Positions 1 through 10,772 of a stretch of 39,897 bases of DNA are shown piece by piece. The DNA is from Octopus bimaculoides. Taxonomy: Eukaryota. The notes under the pieces are model-generated. The model worked only from the letters and a program-made list of their open reading frames with translations. It was not told the origin of the DNA and ran no database searches. Position numbers and translations under genes: made by a program. The stretch lies in assembly GCF_001194135.2 (NCBI RefSeq), contig NC_068991.1, positions 49,235,829-49,275,725 of the forward strand, in the 5' to 3' direction. Each line of letters opens with the position of its first letter. The first letter of the stretch is position 1.

Positions 1-41
1 TATGAGTGTGTATAAACATATAATAGATATATATATAAATC

Positions 42-67
42 CACACACACATACACACACACACACA

Positions 68-106
<39 letters not shown>
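42..106. repeat. (CA)n microsatellite
   Basis: Near-perfect CA run read directly, with single interruptions. Confidence 0.95.
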
Positions 107-110
<4 letters not shown>

Positions 111-224
111 GTTTACCTCTGCGAACGTGTGTGTTTATAAACCTAACGCTGTACGTCTGATATATACATTCGAATATATGTTCACATATATTTGATAATT
201 TTGTATATATCTATATTCATGCGA

Positions 225-265
<41 letters not shown>

Positions 266-504
266 CACACTTATACATATATACATATATGCATGTATAT
301 ATGCGCACTTATATGCATATATTCTTATCTTACTTAAGTTATATACTAATATATAAGTACATGCATATATATATAGAAATATATATACATGCATGTATTT
401 AATAATATTGTTTGATGGATTTGAATTCCAATTGAAATATATGTTGTCAAGTTAAATACATTCATTTAATTATTTACACACATGTATAACGTAAACTTAC
501 CAAC

Positions 505-587
505 AATAAGTCTTGGGATCGGTGTGTTCGACTAAAGGCGGTGCTCCAGCATGGCCGCAGTCAAGTGAATGAAACAAATAAAAGAAA
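505..587 (+). mobile_element. 3' tail fragment of the composite CORE-type SINE family
   Basis: aataagtcttgggatcg...cgactaaaggcggtgctccagcatggccgcagtcaa...gaaacaaataaaaga matches the 3' ends of the copies at 21587-22000 and 38997-39343. Confidence 0.85.
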
Positions 588-702
588 TGTATACCCATAC
601 GTGTGTGTGTCTATGCGTGTATATATGTTTGTATACATGTGTACGTATATATATATGTGCCTTTGCATATATCATATATGTTTATATATGCATATATATA
701 TA

Positions 703-1598
703 NNNNNNNNNNNNNNNNNNNNNNNNNNNNNNNNNNNNNNNNNNNNNNNNNNNNNNNNNNNNNNNNNNNNNNNNNNNNNNNNNNNNNNNNNNNNNNNNNN
801 NNNNNNNNNNNNNNNNNNNNNNNNNNNNNNNNNNNNNNNNNNNNNNNNNNNNNNNNNNNNNNNNNNNNNNNNNNNNNNNNNNNNNNNNNNNNNNNNNNNN
901 NNNNNNNNNNNNNNNNNNNNNNNNNNNNNNNNNNNNNNNNNNNNNNNNNNNNNNNNNNNNNNNNNNNNNNNNNNNNNNNNNNNNNNNNNNNNNNNNNNNN
1001 NNNNNNNNNNNNNNNNNNNNNNNNNNNNNNNNNNNNNNNNNNNNNNNNNNNNNNNNNNNNNNNNNNNNNNNNNNNNNNNNNNNNNNNNNNNNNNNNNNNN
1101 NNNNNNNNNNNNNNNNNNNNNNNNNNNNNNNNNNNNNNNNNNNNNNNNNNNNNNNNNNNNNNNNNNNNNNNNNNNNNNNNNNNNNNNNNNNNNNNNNNNN
1201 NNNNNNNNNNNNNNNNNNNNNNNNNNNNNNNNNNNNNNNNNNNNNNNNNNNNNNNNNNNNNNNNNNNNNNNNNNNNNNNNNNNNNNNNNNNNNNNNNNNN
1301 NNNNNNNNNNNNNNNNNNNNNNNNNNNNNNNNNNNNNNNNNNNNNNNNNNNNNNNNNNNNNNNNNNNNNNNNNNNNNNNNNNNNNNNNNNNNNNNNNNNN
1401 NNNNNNNNNNNNNNNNNNNNNNNNNNNNNNNNNNNNNNNNNNNNNNNNNNNNNNNNNNNNNNNNNNNNNNNNNNNNNNNNNNNNNNNNNNNNNNNNNNNN
1501 NNNNNNNNNNNNNNNNNNNNNNNNNNNNNNNNNNNNNNNNNNNNNNNNNNNNNNNNNNNNNNNNNNNNNNNNNNNNNNNNNNNNNNNNNNNNNNNNNN
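703..1598. other. Assembly gap (first of 13 N-runs; others 3546-4153, 12431-12470, 14502-14692, 17957-18487, 20886-21555, 22185-23083, 24611-25390, 26268-27089, 29298-30237, 35921-36014, 36635-36873, 38238-38321)
   Basis: N-runs read directly; most abut (TA)n tracts on at least one side. Confidence 1.
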
Positions 1599-1713
1599 AT
1601 ATATATATATATATATATATACCACACTGCCTCTCTAATACCTATATAGATAGATACATACATACATACATATATTGGTATATTTACATATTACAAATAT
1701 ATATTTTCTCATA

Positions 1714-1830
1714 CTCTAAGCACGAGGCCCAAAATTTGGGGCAACGGGTACTTAATTTGTCCACCCTGAAAGGACGAAAGGCAAAGTCGACCTCGGCGGA
1801 ATTTGATTTCAGAACGTAAATACAGACGAA
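1714..1830 (-). mobile_element. Meta-domain-like SINE fragment
   Basis: Reverse complement contains aaattccgccgaggtcgactttgcctttcgtcctttcagggtggacaaattaagtacc and the tail ccccaaattttgggcctcgtgctt, as in the fuller copies at 9723 and 30286. Confidence 0.85.
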
Positions 1831-2631
1831 TTATAAATATATATTATATATACAATTATATATTATATATATAATAATATATTATAAATATTAATACACA
1901 CACATACATATGTAACATTTAATAAACGCACATGCATAATGTTGTATGTTATTTCTCCTTCTGGGTGTGTATGTGATGAATCTCATGAACATTCAAACAA
2001 CCTTTATTGAGTCGCGGTCTCTAACCACGGACCGGTTTCATACCGATAACAAAACGCAATAATGTGCATGATATATAAGTTAAGTATCATTCATTAAAAC
2101 CTATGTGATGGCGCGTGGCTAAGTGCTTAAAGGATTCGGCTCATGATCATAATGCTGGGACCTCTGCCTTATTGTATGTTCCTGTTTTACACCTAAAAAT
2201 ACCTATCTTATCAAGAGGATTTCATTGTAAAATCCTCTAAATTACTTTAACAGTATTGTCGAGCCTTACACAATCTCCATTACGATATCCAAAATGGAGG
2301 CTCTGTAAACTGGGGTGGGACAACTGGTACATCGTTCCGGAGCCCGGAAAGTGAGAGAGAGAGAGGGGTGGGCAATGAAGGGGCCGACTATTTGCTGGAC
2401 CCCTTTCCTAATAGAAAGCCACTGGCTTTAAACTTTGAGTGAACACTCTGGCAGATTTGTTCTCTCAGGTTCTGAAAGTACTTTTATTCTGCTTTATCAA
2501 ATTTCTCTCAGATGTGCTTTTATGTTTATATAATTAATTAACTTATATCTTAATTATAGGTTGTTTTGACTGCTGAATCAGCAACAGAGTTATATATGTT
2601 ACTTTGATTGACGTATTATATTCCCTTCATT

Positions 2632-2962
2632 GGAGCAGTATGGCTGAATGGTTAAGAAGTTTACTTCCCAACTACGAAGCCACGGGTTCAATCTCATGCG
2701 TAGAATCTTAGGCAGACATCGTTTTCTATAGATCCGAGTAGCTCCATACCTAATGAGTGAAATTGTGTAGGCAGAAACTGTATAGACGCTCGTCAAGTGA
2801 GTTGTACCTGTAATTCAAAAGATACTGCCTTGTCACACACACTGTGACATGCTGAAAGAGTACACATGTCAGTAGAATTCTAACTCACACGTTTATCCAC
2901 GCACAAGAAACTTAGTTGATTGAACATCTGAATCCCCTCCGTCGAACGACGGAGATCCACCA
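2632..2962 (+). mobile_element. Diverged tRNA-derived SINE: CORE-like body plus tail X
   Basis: A-box-like tggctgaatggttaag and B-box-like gggttcaatctc; CORE-like middle; 3' part (gtacctgtaattcaaa...ccttgtcacac...gacggagatccacca) aligns by eye with the 3' part of the 36175-36546 element. Confidence 0.7.
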
Positions 2963-3013
2963 TATGCTGCTTTCGTTGCCAGAACTTGATACAAATTCCA
3001 ATATAATTATTGA

Positions 3014-3227
3014 ATTCAAAATTTGGCACTATGCCAGCAATCTTAGAGAGGCATGATAAGTCTATTACATCGACCCCAGTACTCACCTGGTATTATTTTA
3101 TCAAGCCCGAAAGGATGAACTGCGAAGTCGACTGCGGCGGAATTTGAATTCAGAACGTAAAGACGGACGAAATACTATTAAGCATTTCGCCCAGCGTATT
3201 AATGATTCTGCAGGCTCGCTGTCTTAA
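3014..3227 (-). mobile_element. Meta-domain-like SINE monomer
   Basis: Reverse complement runs head (gacagcgagcctgcagaatc), gttctgaattcaaattccgccgcagtcgac, catcctttcgggcttgataaaataatacc and tail gctggcatagtgccaaaatttgaa. Confidence 0.85.
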
Positions 3228-3380
3228 ATTCAGGTTTGTCTTGGTTTTTCTCCTCTTCCACTCTTACGTCTCTTTCATGAATATGCTCGAACAACTACTC
3301 ATAGATACAAAAGATACTTCAGCTTAATCAGTTACTTCTTTTTTATCTTTTGTATGAGCGCCTCTCTCAGCTCACTAGCA

Positions 3381-3382
<2 letters not shown>

Positions 3383-3443
<61 letters not shown>

Positions 3444-3465
3444 GCGCGCGCACACACACACACAC
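3383..3465. repeat. (CA)n with embedded (CG)n
   Basis: Read directly. Confidence 0.95.
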
Positions 3466-4165
3466 AGTCACAAGCACAATATATACTGGTAGAAAAAAGA
3501 AGAAAGACATACATCGTAACACACACGAGTTTATAAGCACTGAAANNNNNNNNNNNNNNNNNNNNNNNNNNNNNNNNNNNNNNNNNNNNNNNNNNNNNNN
3601 NNNNNNNNNNNNNNNNNNNNNNNNNNNNNNNNNNNNNNNNNNNNNNNNNNNNNNNNNNNNNNNNNNNNNNNNNNNNNNNNNNNNNNNNNNNNNNNNNNNN
3701 NNNNNNNNNNNNNNNNNNNNNNNNNNNNNNNNNNNNNNNNNNNNNNNNNNNNNNNNNNNNNNNNNNNNNNNNNNNNNNNNNNNNNNNNNNNNNNNNNNNN
3801 NNNNNNNNNNNNNNNNNNNNNNNNNNNNNNNNNNNNNNNNNNNNNNNNNNNNNNNNNNNNNNNNNNNNNNNNNNNNNNNNNNNNNNNNNNNNNNNNNNNN
3901 NNNNNNNNNNNNNNNNNNNNNNNNNNNNNNNNNNNNNNNNNNNNNNNNNNNNNNNNNNNNNNNNNNNNNNNNNNNNNNNNNNNNNNNNNNNNNNNNNNNN
4001 NNNNNNNNNNNNNNNNNNNNNNNNNNNNNNNNNNNNNNNNNNNNNNNNNNNNNNNNNNNNNNNNNNNNNNNNNNNNNNNNNNNNNNNNNNNNNNNNNNNN
4101 NNNNNNNNNNNNNNNNNNNNNNNNNNNNNNNNNNNNNNNNNNNNNNNNNNNNNCATACATATATA

Positions 4166-4361
4166 GGAGAATTTGCGAAAAAGACAACAGACGAAGACAG
4201 GTGGTGTAAACAACAAATGGATGTATTAGTTTAACGCTCGGGAATAGAGAAAGTTTTTGACGTTTCGAGCCACGCTCTTCAACTGAAAGGAACACAGAAA
4301 GAAATAAGGAGAGAAACAAGGAGAAAAAATATAAATGTAGTGGTCAGCGATCCATCATGGC
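4166..4361 (-). mobile_element. Penelope-like element terminal (pseudo-LTR) remnant with a degenerate hammerhead-like motif
   Basis: Contains gacgtttcgagccacgctcttcaactgaaagg, whose reverse complement has the minimal hammerhead layout (core-GAGC/GCTC stem-GAAACGTC) typical of Penelope-like ends. No coding remnant is visible; the family call is inference. Confidence 0.5.
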
Positions 4362-4369
4362 GATATATA

Positions 4370-4605
4370 CATACGACGTATGAGCATTCAGCTTTTGCCT
4401 ACCGACCTACGCAAATGATTTGTTTATAGTGATCAAATGTTCGAGCCGCACATAAACTCACTCTCTCGACGTTATCTGAACAGGTGTCGAAGTGATCGTA
4501 GAGCAGCGTGACATGAAATGTTTTGCTCAAGAACACAACGCACCACCCGCTCTATGAATTGAAATCTCGATCGCTTGATCGCGATTGCAACACCCTACCC
4601 ACTAT
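4370..4605 (-). mobile_element. Diverged tRNA-derived SINE with invertebrate CORE-like segment
   Basis: Reverse complement: tagtgggtagggtgttgc...gatttcaattc (A/B-box-like), followed by gcgttgtgttcttgagcaaaacatttcat. Confidence 0.6.
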
Positions 4606-4808
4606 GTATATATGTAATTATGTGTGCGGGTGTGTATGTATGTATGTAATATACGTATGTGTGCGTGTGTGTATATATGTATGTATATATAGATATACAT
4701 CCCCTGAGATTGCAGATAATATTTCTGAATCTCTTTGATTCTTTAGATGTGCTGGCCTCCTGATAATTAATCGATATTAATTAATATATGACTAATTACC
4801 AGATTTTA

Positions 4809-4845
<37 letters not shown>

Positions 4846-4920
4846 GTATATATGAATGTATATATATATATATATATATATTATGAAGTATACCATACAT
4901 ATACATACATACATACATAC

Positions 4921-4956
<36 letters not shown>

Positions 4957-5469
4957 GTATGTATGTATGTATGTATATGTATGGTATACTTCATAATAAT
5001 GTAACGCGAGGATAGAAGTCAACAGGCGTTAATGGTATCAGAAAGAAGTTTTGCATGTATACCTCGAGATATAATAACATGTGGTAACTGAACAAAAGCA
5101 TAGAAGTTCTTAGACGCGCGTTACGAGGTTTCTTTTTTTTTGTGGTATGGGTGGGGGTACCTAAATTACACTAAACAAATACTGTATTTTTATGTATAGA
5201 ATAACTTTGATCTTGCGTTTTCTCAATCAGGACTGACCTGGGGCTAAGTGAGAACCACAACAATAACAGCGATAAGGAGAACGAGGACACTTTATTATCG
5301 TTATCGTCATCAAGACACTGTGAAACCACATGTAAGCAGTTGGACGGCGCACCGAGTTAATTGTCGGTCGGCAAGAATAAGTTGTAGAATAACATATGAA
5401 GGTTTCTCTCTTTCTCTTCCTCCCCCGCCCCACACACACATTCTCTCTCATTCTCCCTCTCTCTTTTCT

Positions 5470-5509
<40 letters not shown>

Positions 5510-5747
5510 CTCCTCTCCCTTCCTCTCCCCTGTCTTGATCAGAACCACATGACGACTCAGACTTCTAACTCTTTGCTTAATAGTTTCTTCAGACTTCAAA
5601 GTCAGCAAAATATAAGAAAAATTGAATGGATAAATAAATAATCTTGAAACACGAGGAAACATCCATATATACACACACATATATATACATACATATATGT
5701 GTGTGTGTGCATGTGTGTACATATATACATTCATATACACGCACACG

Positions 5748-5780
<33 letters not shown>

Positions 5781-5857
5781 GTATTTGTGTCTGTGTATCT
5801 CTTTATGTCCATTTGCGTGTTTGTCTGTTTGTCTATGTGTGTGTATATATGTATGTA

Positions 5858-6868
5858 TGTCATTATTTAGTCTTATTTCAAAATTTCTTGCCAATAGAGA
5901 AAAAGCCGGTTTCTAACAAAGATCCAAGACTCCTTCATTGGAAATTCAACAATATCAACGGAGTATTATTGCATGCATGTGTGTATTGTATATGTGCAAT
6001 ATTTGAAGTCAGTACATGTGCAGATGTGTATATTTTGTTTTATGCATGCATATATTTGCATGTCTAGACATGCGCGTACATACTTAAATGATAAACTCCT
6101 AGAAAGTTTTACAGACTCTTACAATTCCATTGATGGCTTGGATCTGATGGCTTGGATCTGATGGCTTGGATCTGATGGCTTGATCTGATGGCTTGGATCG
6201 TATCAGCTTTCTACTTTCTGATTTTGAGAAGCCTAATTTTTCAAGATTGGTATTTAGGCAGTGTGTTACATATCCCAGTGCGTCAATAATTACAGGTATA
6301 CGCCTGAACTTGTAATCTGGGTAGAGTAACTGTAGATTTCTCAGTATTTCAGCGTAGGTATTCTCTTTTTCTCTGATCTTTCGCTTTATGTTAGCACCCG
6401 TTGGGCAACTGATTTCCGAAACTGTACATAGTTTCTCCATTCCGTTCTAAATGTCTTTGTTAGGTGTTATATTTACATTTTATTGAGGATTTCACTCCCT
6501 ATTATGACTTCTACCAGACTGTGGTTCTTATTTCTTTGGCCTCGGAGTTATCCTTTCGACAGATCTCATTATAAAGTGTCTTATGTACATCATGTCTCGT
6601 CGGTAGAAGAAAATCATGATGACATTTTCGGACAACTGCTTATGATGTGGGTGATATCTTCGGTATAAACTCCGCAACGTCTGCATAGGTTATCACATTT
6701 TGGTGCTTTTCCTGCGTTTCTGTCCCTTTTGATACTTCCTGTTTGTGGATTGCAAACACATACCTTTCAAAGTGGGAGTTAATAATCCAGTTATTGGTCC
6801 ATGATAGACCGCTTTGATTATCATTGTTACTACCATTTCTGCTAGCATATTCATGTATGGTCTTACTC
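5858..6868 (-). mobile_element. 5'-truncated RLE-type non-LTR retrotransposon (R4/Dong/NeSL-like), lineage B, pseudogenised
   Basis: Minus-strand translation gives SHFERYVFAI, the CCHC knuckle CRRCGVYTEDITHIISSC (6632-6685), LPTRHDVHKTLYNEIC, then EISCP...KIREKENTYAEILRNLQLLYPDYKF..PVIIDALG...VCKTF* (stop 6099-6101) and about 240 nt of 3' UTR. Several stops and frameshifts. Confidence 0.85.
6132..6200. repeat. 14 bp tandem repeat GATGGCTTGGATCT x5 (4th copy lacks one G)
   Basis: Units at 6132, 6146, 6160, 6174 and 6187 read directly. Confidence 0.95.
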
Positions 6869-6949
6869 ACACACACACACGCACACACACATTCACTTTA
6901 TGCGCATGTACACCAACACAAACTCACAGATTTACAGGCATATACACCA

Positions 6950-7445
6950 TCATAGAGATGTGAGAAATATATAATAATTTACATGTGGAAAATTCTGATA
7001 AAGCTCGTACCTAACTTCGTCACCAAGAGTTATGCAAATGCTCGTACTCGACGCCACTACGGAGTTCCAAAGGTACCGTCCATTCCATCTAAAGTGAGTA
7101 ACAGATACTGAAATAGCCTAGGGCTCAAAGGTCCACAGCTCTTCCAAGTTCTGACAAAAGAATTAAGAAACCTACATGATGGGAATGTAGATGTCTTCAA
7201 AAAGGGATTGGATATTCTCCTATCCACGATGCTAGAGAAGCCAAGGCATGAAGTACAGATGAGAGCGGCGTTGACAAACTCTCTCGTTTAGCAAATCAGC
7301 CAAACAACTGAGAAGAAAGCATATGCAGCAGTGATGATATGAAATCACACCAAATAAAAAAAAATGAATCATATAAGAGAACTGTGAAAAGGGTATAATT
7401 CACGGAGGTGCTCCAGCATCACCACAGCATAAAAGGAATAAAAGA
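6950..7445 (+). mobile_element. 5'-truncated CR1/L2-type LINE: ORF2 C-terminus plus 3' UTR
   Basis: One frame reads RCEKYIIIYMWKILIKLVPNFVTKSYANARTRRHYGVPKVPSIPSKVSNRY*NSLGLKGPQLFQVLTKELRNLHDGNVDVFKKGLDILLS...RAALTNSLV* (stop 7289-7291). It resembles the RRERY..IY.WKI / GP.LFN.LP..LR / FK..LD..L motifs of CR1/L2 ORF2 ends. Confidence 0.8.
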
Positions 7446-7606
7446 ATATATACATAGTTCACGGTTAGCAACGGGTGTTTTTGAGTATGCGAATAAATGT
7501 TAAAAATTTAGGGAATGGAGTAGATAAAATCTAGGCTACATATGTTTCATAGCTAGTGGAACCACAGAAGTAGTGAATTATATGTAAAGGTAAATTAGAT
7601 CTTACC

Positions 7607-7609
<3 letters not shown>

Positions 7610-7653
<44 letters not shown>

Positions 7654-7694
7654 TCACTCACTCACTCACACACACACACATATATATGTGTGTG

Positions 7695-7752
<58 letters not shown>
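7610..7752. repeat. Compound (CA)n-(CACT)n-(GA)n microsatellite
   Basis: Read directly. Confidence 0.95.
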
Positions 7753-7865
7753 ACGGTGAATAAACTCGTCTAAATTGCGCAAAATTGAAAGTAACACTGA
7801 CATCGCATTTTAAGATATATTTACGAAAGTTACATAAAAATATCTTGAAGTATTAAAAAGTAAAT

Positions 7866-8499
7866 TCATTCAATAAAATCGCCATTGGCTTCAACCACGG
7901 CCTCCAGATGACTTTGAAATCTCTTGCACAGTCTCCTTGTTTAATCTTTGCTGCCATAATTCTATAATTCTTGCTTTCAGTTCATCTTGCTGTTACAAGG
8001 AGTTTTGTTGGTCTCTCATTCAACTGGGCCCCACACGTAATAACCGAGGGGGCTGCAGCCTGGGGAGTTAGGTGACCAGATGTTAGGGGTGATGTGGTTG
8101 CAGAAATTGTCTGATAGTTTGACAGACATGACTGGGTTCTCTTGCTTGTGTGGCATGGTGTAGAGTCCGTTGTCAGACACAGGGTCTTCCTGTAGTCACC
8201 CTTTTGACCAAGGGCTGCACTACCTCCTCCTGGCACTTGATGTAGGCGTCCGTGTTGAGTCTGAGTCCGTGTGGGAAGATGAATGGAGGTATAACTTCGC
8301 CATCACTAGTGATCACTTCAAACAGCATGATATTGACTGGATGTTTGACCCTCATCACTCTCGGTACACGTCCTCAGATTGCACTGTCCTCAGACTGACA
8401 CCCCAAGCACTCTGAAATGTTCGTATTGGAGCTTCCGGCACGAATGCCAAGCAGTACCGCATTTCGTTTCCAAATTTCTGGCAGAGTGAATTACGCCAT
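7866..8499 (-). mobile_element. Internally deleted Tc1/mariner transposase pseudogene, DD37D (maT)-like
   Basis: N-terminal MA*FTLPEIWKRNAVLLGIRAGSSNTNISECLG/VSLRTVQ is fused to VMRVKHPVNIMLFEVITSDGEVIPPFIFPHGLRLNTDAYIKC...DSTPCHTSKRTQ...HITPNIWSPNSPGCSPLGYYVWG...HLEAVVEANGDFIE*. After correcting indels by eye, 37 residues separate the second and third catalytic positions; the third D reads as G. Confidence 0.85.
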
Positions 8500-8649
8500 A
8501 GTGCTGTATTTCTCACAGACGGTACCCAGCTGACCCTACTATACTCAGTAGGGGACAACATCTAAAATAATCAATGCGTATGCGCGAAATTAAAAATATA
8601 AAATGTCGCCAATTTACCCGTTTGTATCTTGTATATGGTGCATATAATA

Positions 8650-8687
<38 letters not shown>

Positions 8688-9269
8688 TGTATAATATTTA
8701 TTGCGTAAACATTACGATATGTAGAGAGAGAGAGAGAAATATGCACTCGTATATTTGTCAGTTGAGTGGAGATATTAATCAACTTATACAATTTTATCGA
8801 TCCATATCGATCCATTTCAGCCTGTTTTGTCAATGGGTTTCGCACTGGCTATGAAATAACTAGATATTAGATAACAATGCGGTTGAGTAATACTACGTGC
8901 TCACGTGGCTTGAACGGAATTTGTTGAGGCAGATTTTCTACGGCTGGGTGCTCTTATGTTGACAATCTTCACTTGTTTCCAAGTAAAGCAATATTGAGAC
9001 GTATGTTCACGGAATATTAGAGACGAATAACCTAGTTTTTATGACCGTGGAACTCGTTTACAACAATCATGCGATGTCAAAACAAATACCAACCTACGCA
9101 CACGCATGCGTATTTACACTCACTAAATCCATTCGCAGGAATTGGTTTGCCAGGCATCAAGAGTGAGCTCTGGATCAAGTCGTTGAGAAGCCAGCTTCCT
9201 AACTGCACCGCCTCTGCCTACCAAATGTGCTGAGTGCCACTTTCTATCGTCTGTTCAGCTACTCGCACT

Positions 9270-9306
<37 letters not shown>

Positions 9307-9471
9307 ATGTGTTGTGTGTGTTGTCTGTGTTTGCGTATCTACGTGCTTGTATCCTAAAAGGTTCTTGTTACCAAGTTATAATCAACAACTACGAGCGACG
9401 GCCGAAATAAGATGTTTAGAATGTGTTGTGTGGATTGTATTATATCATTGGCGAGCAATTACGTAGAATGC

Positions 9472-9583
9472 GACTTGTCTCAGATGTGACTTGTCTCAGA
9501 TGTGACTTGTCTCAGATGTGACTTGTCTCAGATGTGACTTGTCTCAGATGTGACTTGTCTCAGATGTGACTTGTCTCAGATGA
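9472..9583. repeat. 16 bp minisatellite GACTTGTCTCAGATGT x7
   Basis: Seven contiguous units read directly; only the last base of the last unit differs. Confidence 0.97.
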
Positions 9584-9628
9584 GATGTAATATCGGTTGT
9601 CAATTATATTTTCTATACATTTTCGTCT

Positions 9629-9629
9629 A

Positions 9630-9692
<63 letters not shown>

Positions 9693-9722
9693 CATCATTA
9701 TCATCATTACTGTTATTATTAT
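9629..9722. repeat. (ATT)n/(ATC)n microsatellite
   Basis: Read directly. Confidence 0.95.
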
Positions 9723-9925
9723 TAAGGCGGCGAGCTGGCAGGATCGTTAGCACGCCGGACAAACGCTTAGCAGTATTTCGTCCGTATTTACGTTCTGAGT
9801 TTAAATTCCGCCGAGGTTGACTTTGCCTTTTATCCTTTCGGGGTCGATTACATAAGTACCAGTTACGCACTGGGGTCAATGTAATCGACTTATCCACCTC
9901 CAAGAAAATTTTATAGTAGAAAGGG
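9723..9925 (+). mobile_element. Meta-domain-like tRNA-derived SINE monomer
   Basis: aaggcggcgagctggcaggatcgttagcacgccgg head; gttctgagtttaaattcc B-box-like; gaggttgactttgccttttatcctttcggggtcgattacataagtaccag central domain; ends in gtagaaaggg-ttattatta. Confidence 0.9.
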
Positions 9926-9959
9926 TTATTATTACTATTATCATTTTCATTATCATCTT

Positions 9960-10738
9960 CTTTCGATTCTTTTTCTATTTCTTGCCGAGAGTCTTCCTGA
10001 CACCTAGGGAAGAGAAACTCACTGCATACATCGGTAGGCCATTAAAATAAACATACCAGATTGTTCATTTATAAAGTCATGTGATAGAGAAAAAAGGGAA
10101 GAAAGACAGAAAAAAAGGAAAAAGGAAAAAAGAAAAAAGTAAACAAAGAAAATAATGTGGGGGAGAAAATTCACTGCGACAATGTTCTTCTCAATACGTG
10201 TGACATACCAGTTAAGACAATCTTTTGCCCTTCCTGCATGGGTCGTATGCCAGGGATCATTCACAAATAATTTTCAGTTACGTTTTTTGATCATTCCGAG
10301 TGTTCCTACAATCATCGGTTTTGTAACCGTCTTGAGATGCCACATCTTTTCGATTTCGATTAGCAAATCTTTATATTTTCTGAGTTTATCAAATTCTTTT
10401 GCCGAGATATTATGGTCACAGAGTATGTTCATGTCAATCAATAAGCACTTTATTGTTTTGGTCTTTCACAACAATATCTGGTTTATAAGCTTTGATGGTC
10501 CGGTCTATACATACTGAAAAGTTTTTAAAAATCGTTACATTTTCTCCCTCAGTTAAAGCCTGAGAGTCATGCTTGTACCATTTATCAGCAATTTTGATTA
10601 TATAATGCCGACATATTATCCAGTATAGATATTGGCCAATTCTGTCATGTCTTGATTTATACTCTACAGGTGTTAAAAGCTTACATCCACTGTTTCAATC
10701 CCTTCGTTGCAGTATCGGCACTTTAGGTCTACTCCATG
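9960..10738 (-). mobile_element. 5'-truncated RLE-type non-LTR retrotransposon (R4/Dong/NeSL-like), lineage A, pseudogenised
   Basis: Minus strand: KCRYCNEGIETV-(gap)-CKLLTPVEYKSRHDRIGQYLYWIICRHY..KWYKH...DRTIKAYKPDIVVKD..LLIDMNILCDHNISAKEFDKLRKYKDLLIEIEKMWHLKT..PMIVGTLGMIKK..IPG..QKIVLTGMSHVLRRTLSQ* (stop 10171-10173). This is the CCHC, RHD and PD-(D/E)xK RLE signature. The 3' boundary is approximate. Confidence 0.9.

Positions 10739-10772
<34 letters not shown>
10739..10772. repeat. (TTA)n microsatellite
   Basis: Read directly. Confidence 0.95.

Noticed and set aside
9472-9583. CRISPR-like regular repeat
   Set aside because: The units are contiguous with no unique spacers, the context is eukaryotic, and there are no cas genes.
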